Source: Eledone cirrhosa (Eukaryota). From it: a stretch of 64,000 nt of DNA. A program made the translations under genes and the position numbers. Positions 62,283-64,000 of the stretch are shown one piece after another; the first letter of the stretch is position 1; the number at the start of each line of letters is the position of its first letter. The stretch spans positions 16,988,001-17,052,000 of the forward strand of contig OZ024758.1 in NCBI GenBank assembly GCA_964016885.1, read 5' to 3'. The notes under the pieces are model-generated. The model saw only the letters and a program-made list of their open reading frames with translations, ran no database searches and had not been told where the DNA came from.

Positions 62283-64000
62283 TAGTGCTATGTAATGACA
62301 ACAGAGCTGTGGAGTTCATCTCATACCCAAAAAGTTCCACAGAGTGGTTTGTAACAACAGCAGAGTTGTGTAGTTCATCTCATACCCAGGAAGTACCACA
62401 GAGTGCTATATAACAACAGCAGAGTTGTGTAGTTCATCTCATACCCAGGAAGTACCACAGAGTGCTATATAACAACAGCAGAGTTGTGTAGTTCATCTCA
62501 TACCCAGGAAGTACTGCAGAGTGCTATATAACAACAACAGAGTTGTGGAGTTCATCTCATACCCAGGAAGTACTGCAGAGTGCTATATAACAACAACAGA
62601 GTTGTGGAGTTCATCTCATACCCAGGAAGTACTGCAGAGTGCTATATAACAACAACAGAGTTGTGGAGTTCATCTCATACCCAGGAAGTGCTGCAGAGTG
62701 CTATATAACAACAACAGAGTTGTGAAGTTCATCTCATACCCAGGAAGTACTGCAGAGTGCTATATAACAACAACAGAGTTGTGGAGTTCATCTCATACCC
62801 AGGAAGTGCCACAGAGTGCTATGTAACAACAACAGAGTTGTGGAGTTCATCTCATACCCAGGAAGTACTGCAGAGTGCTATATAACAACAACAGAGTTGT
62901 GGAGTTCATCTCATACCCAGGAAGTGCTGCAGAGTGCTATATAACAACAGAGTTGTGGAGTTCATCTCATACCCAGGAAGTACTGCAGAGTGCTATATAA
63001 CAACAACAGAGTTGTGGAGTTCATCTCATACCCAGGAAGTACCACAGAGTGCTATATAACAACAACAGAGTTGTGGAGTTCATCTCATACCCAGGAAGTA
63101 CTGCAGAGTGCTATATAACAACAACAGAGTTGTGGAGTTCATCTCATACCCAGGAAGTACTGCAGAGTGCTATATAACAACAACAGAGTTGTGGAGTTCA
63201 TCTCATACCCAGGAAGTACTGCAGAGTGCTATATAACAACAACAGAGTTGTGGAGTTCATCTCATACCCAGGAAGTGCCACAGAGTGCTATATAACAACA
63301 ACAGAGTTGTGGAGTTCATCTCATACCCAGGAAGTGCTGCAGAGTGCTATATAACAACAACAGAGTTGTGAAGTTCATCTCATACCCAGGAAGTACTGCA
63401 GAGTGCTATATAACAACAACAGAGTTGTGGAGTTCATCTCATACCCAGGAAGTGCCACAGAGTGCTATATAACAACAACAGAGTTGTGGAGTTCATCTCA
63501 TACCCAGGAAGTGCCGCAGAGTGCTATATAACAACAACAGAGTTGTGGAGTTCATCTCATACCCAGGAAGTGCCACAGAGTGCTATATAACAACAACAGA
63601 GTTGTGGAGTTCATCTCATACCCAGGAAGTGCCGCAGAGTGCTATATAACAACAACAGAGTTGTGGAGTTCATCTCATACCCAGGAAGTACTGCAGAGTG
63701 CTATATAACAACAACAGAGTTGTGGAGTTCATCTCATACCCAGGAAGTACTGCAGAGTGCTATATAACAACAACAGAGTTGTGGAGTTCATCTCATACCC
63801 AGGAAGTGCCACAGAGTGCTATATAACAACAACAGAGTTGTGGAGTTCATCTCATACCCAGGAAGTGCCGCAGAGTGCTATATAACAACAACAGAGTTGT
63901 GGAGTTCATCTCATACCCAGGAAGTGCCACAGAGTGCTATATAACAACAACAGAGTTGTGGAGTTCATCTCATACCCAGGAAGTACTGCAGAGTGCTATA
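62283..64000. repeat. 59-bp tandem array (about 29 copies visible, runs off the window end)
   Basis: Unit ACAACAGAGTTGTGGAGTTCATCTCATACCCAGGAAGTACTGCAGAGTGCTATATAACA. Confidence 0.97.

Noticed and set aside
62283-64000. CRISPR-like array (also 53029-54470, 42465-45045)
   Set aside because: Units are contiguous with no unique spacers; eukaryotic context and no cas genes

Overview
AT-rich, repeat-saturated, non-coding animal DNA. The SINE families and (TA)n/(CA)n/(GA)n/(ATC)n density look like a coleoid cephalopod, probably an octopod (inference from sequence style, not a search). I found no host protein-coding exon I can support. Nearly all listed ORFs are microsatellite translations or retroelement remnants. 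The window contains: (i) about 20 copies of a tRNA-headed SINE (family A), often in head-to-tail clusters; (ii) a second modular tRNA-SINE (family B) whose 3' tail matches the local RTE LINE tail; (iii) 5'-truncated LINE pieces of RTE, CR1-like, CRE-like and probably R4/Dong clades; (iv) a piggyBac-type TTAA MITE and a hAT/Charlie-type MITE; (v) many tandem arrays (32, 44-based 211/167 higher-order, 50, 51/55, 59, 83, 96, 102, 118, 168 bp), two of them built from parts of the piggyBac MITE. The most interesting signal is (vi): at least four intact-looking minimal type I hammerhead ribozyme motifs plus several decayed ones. They sit in Penelope-like terminal fragments that abut (TA)n tracts, and those tracts are repeatedly bordered by long near-perfect fold-back palindromes and locally copied inverted segments.
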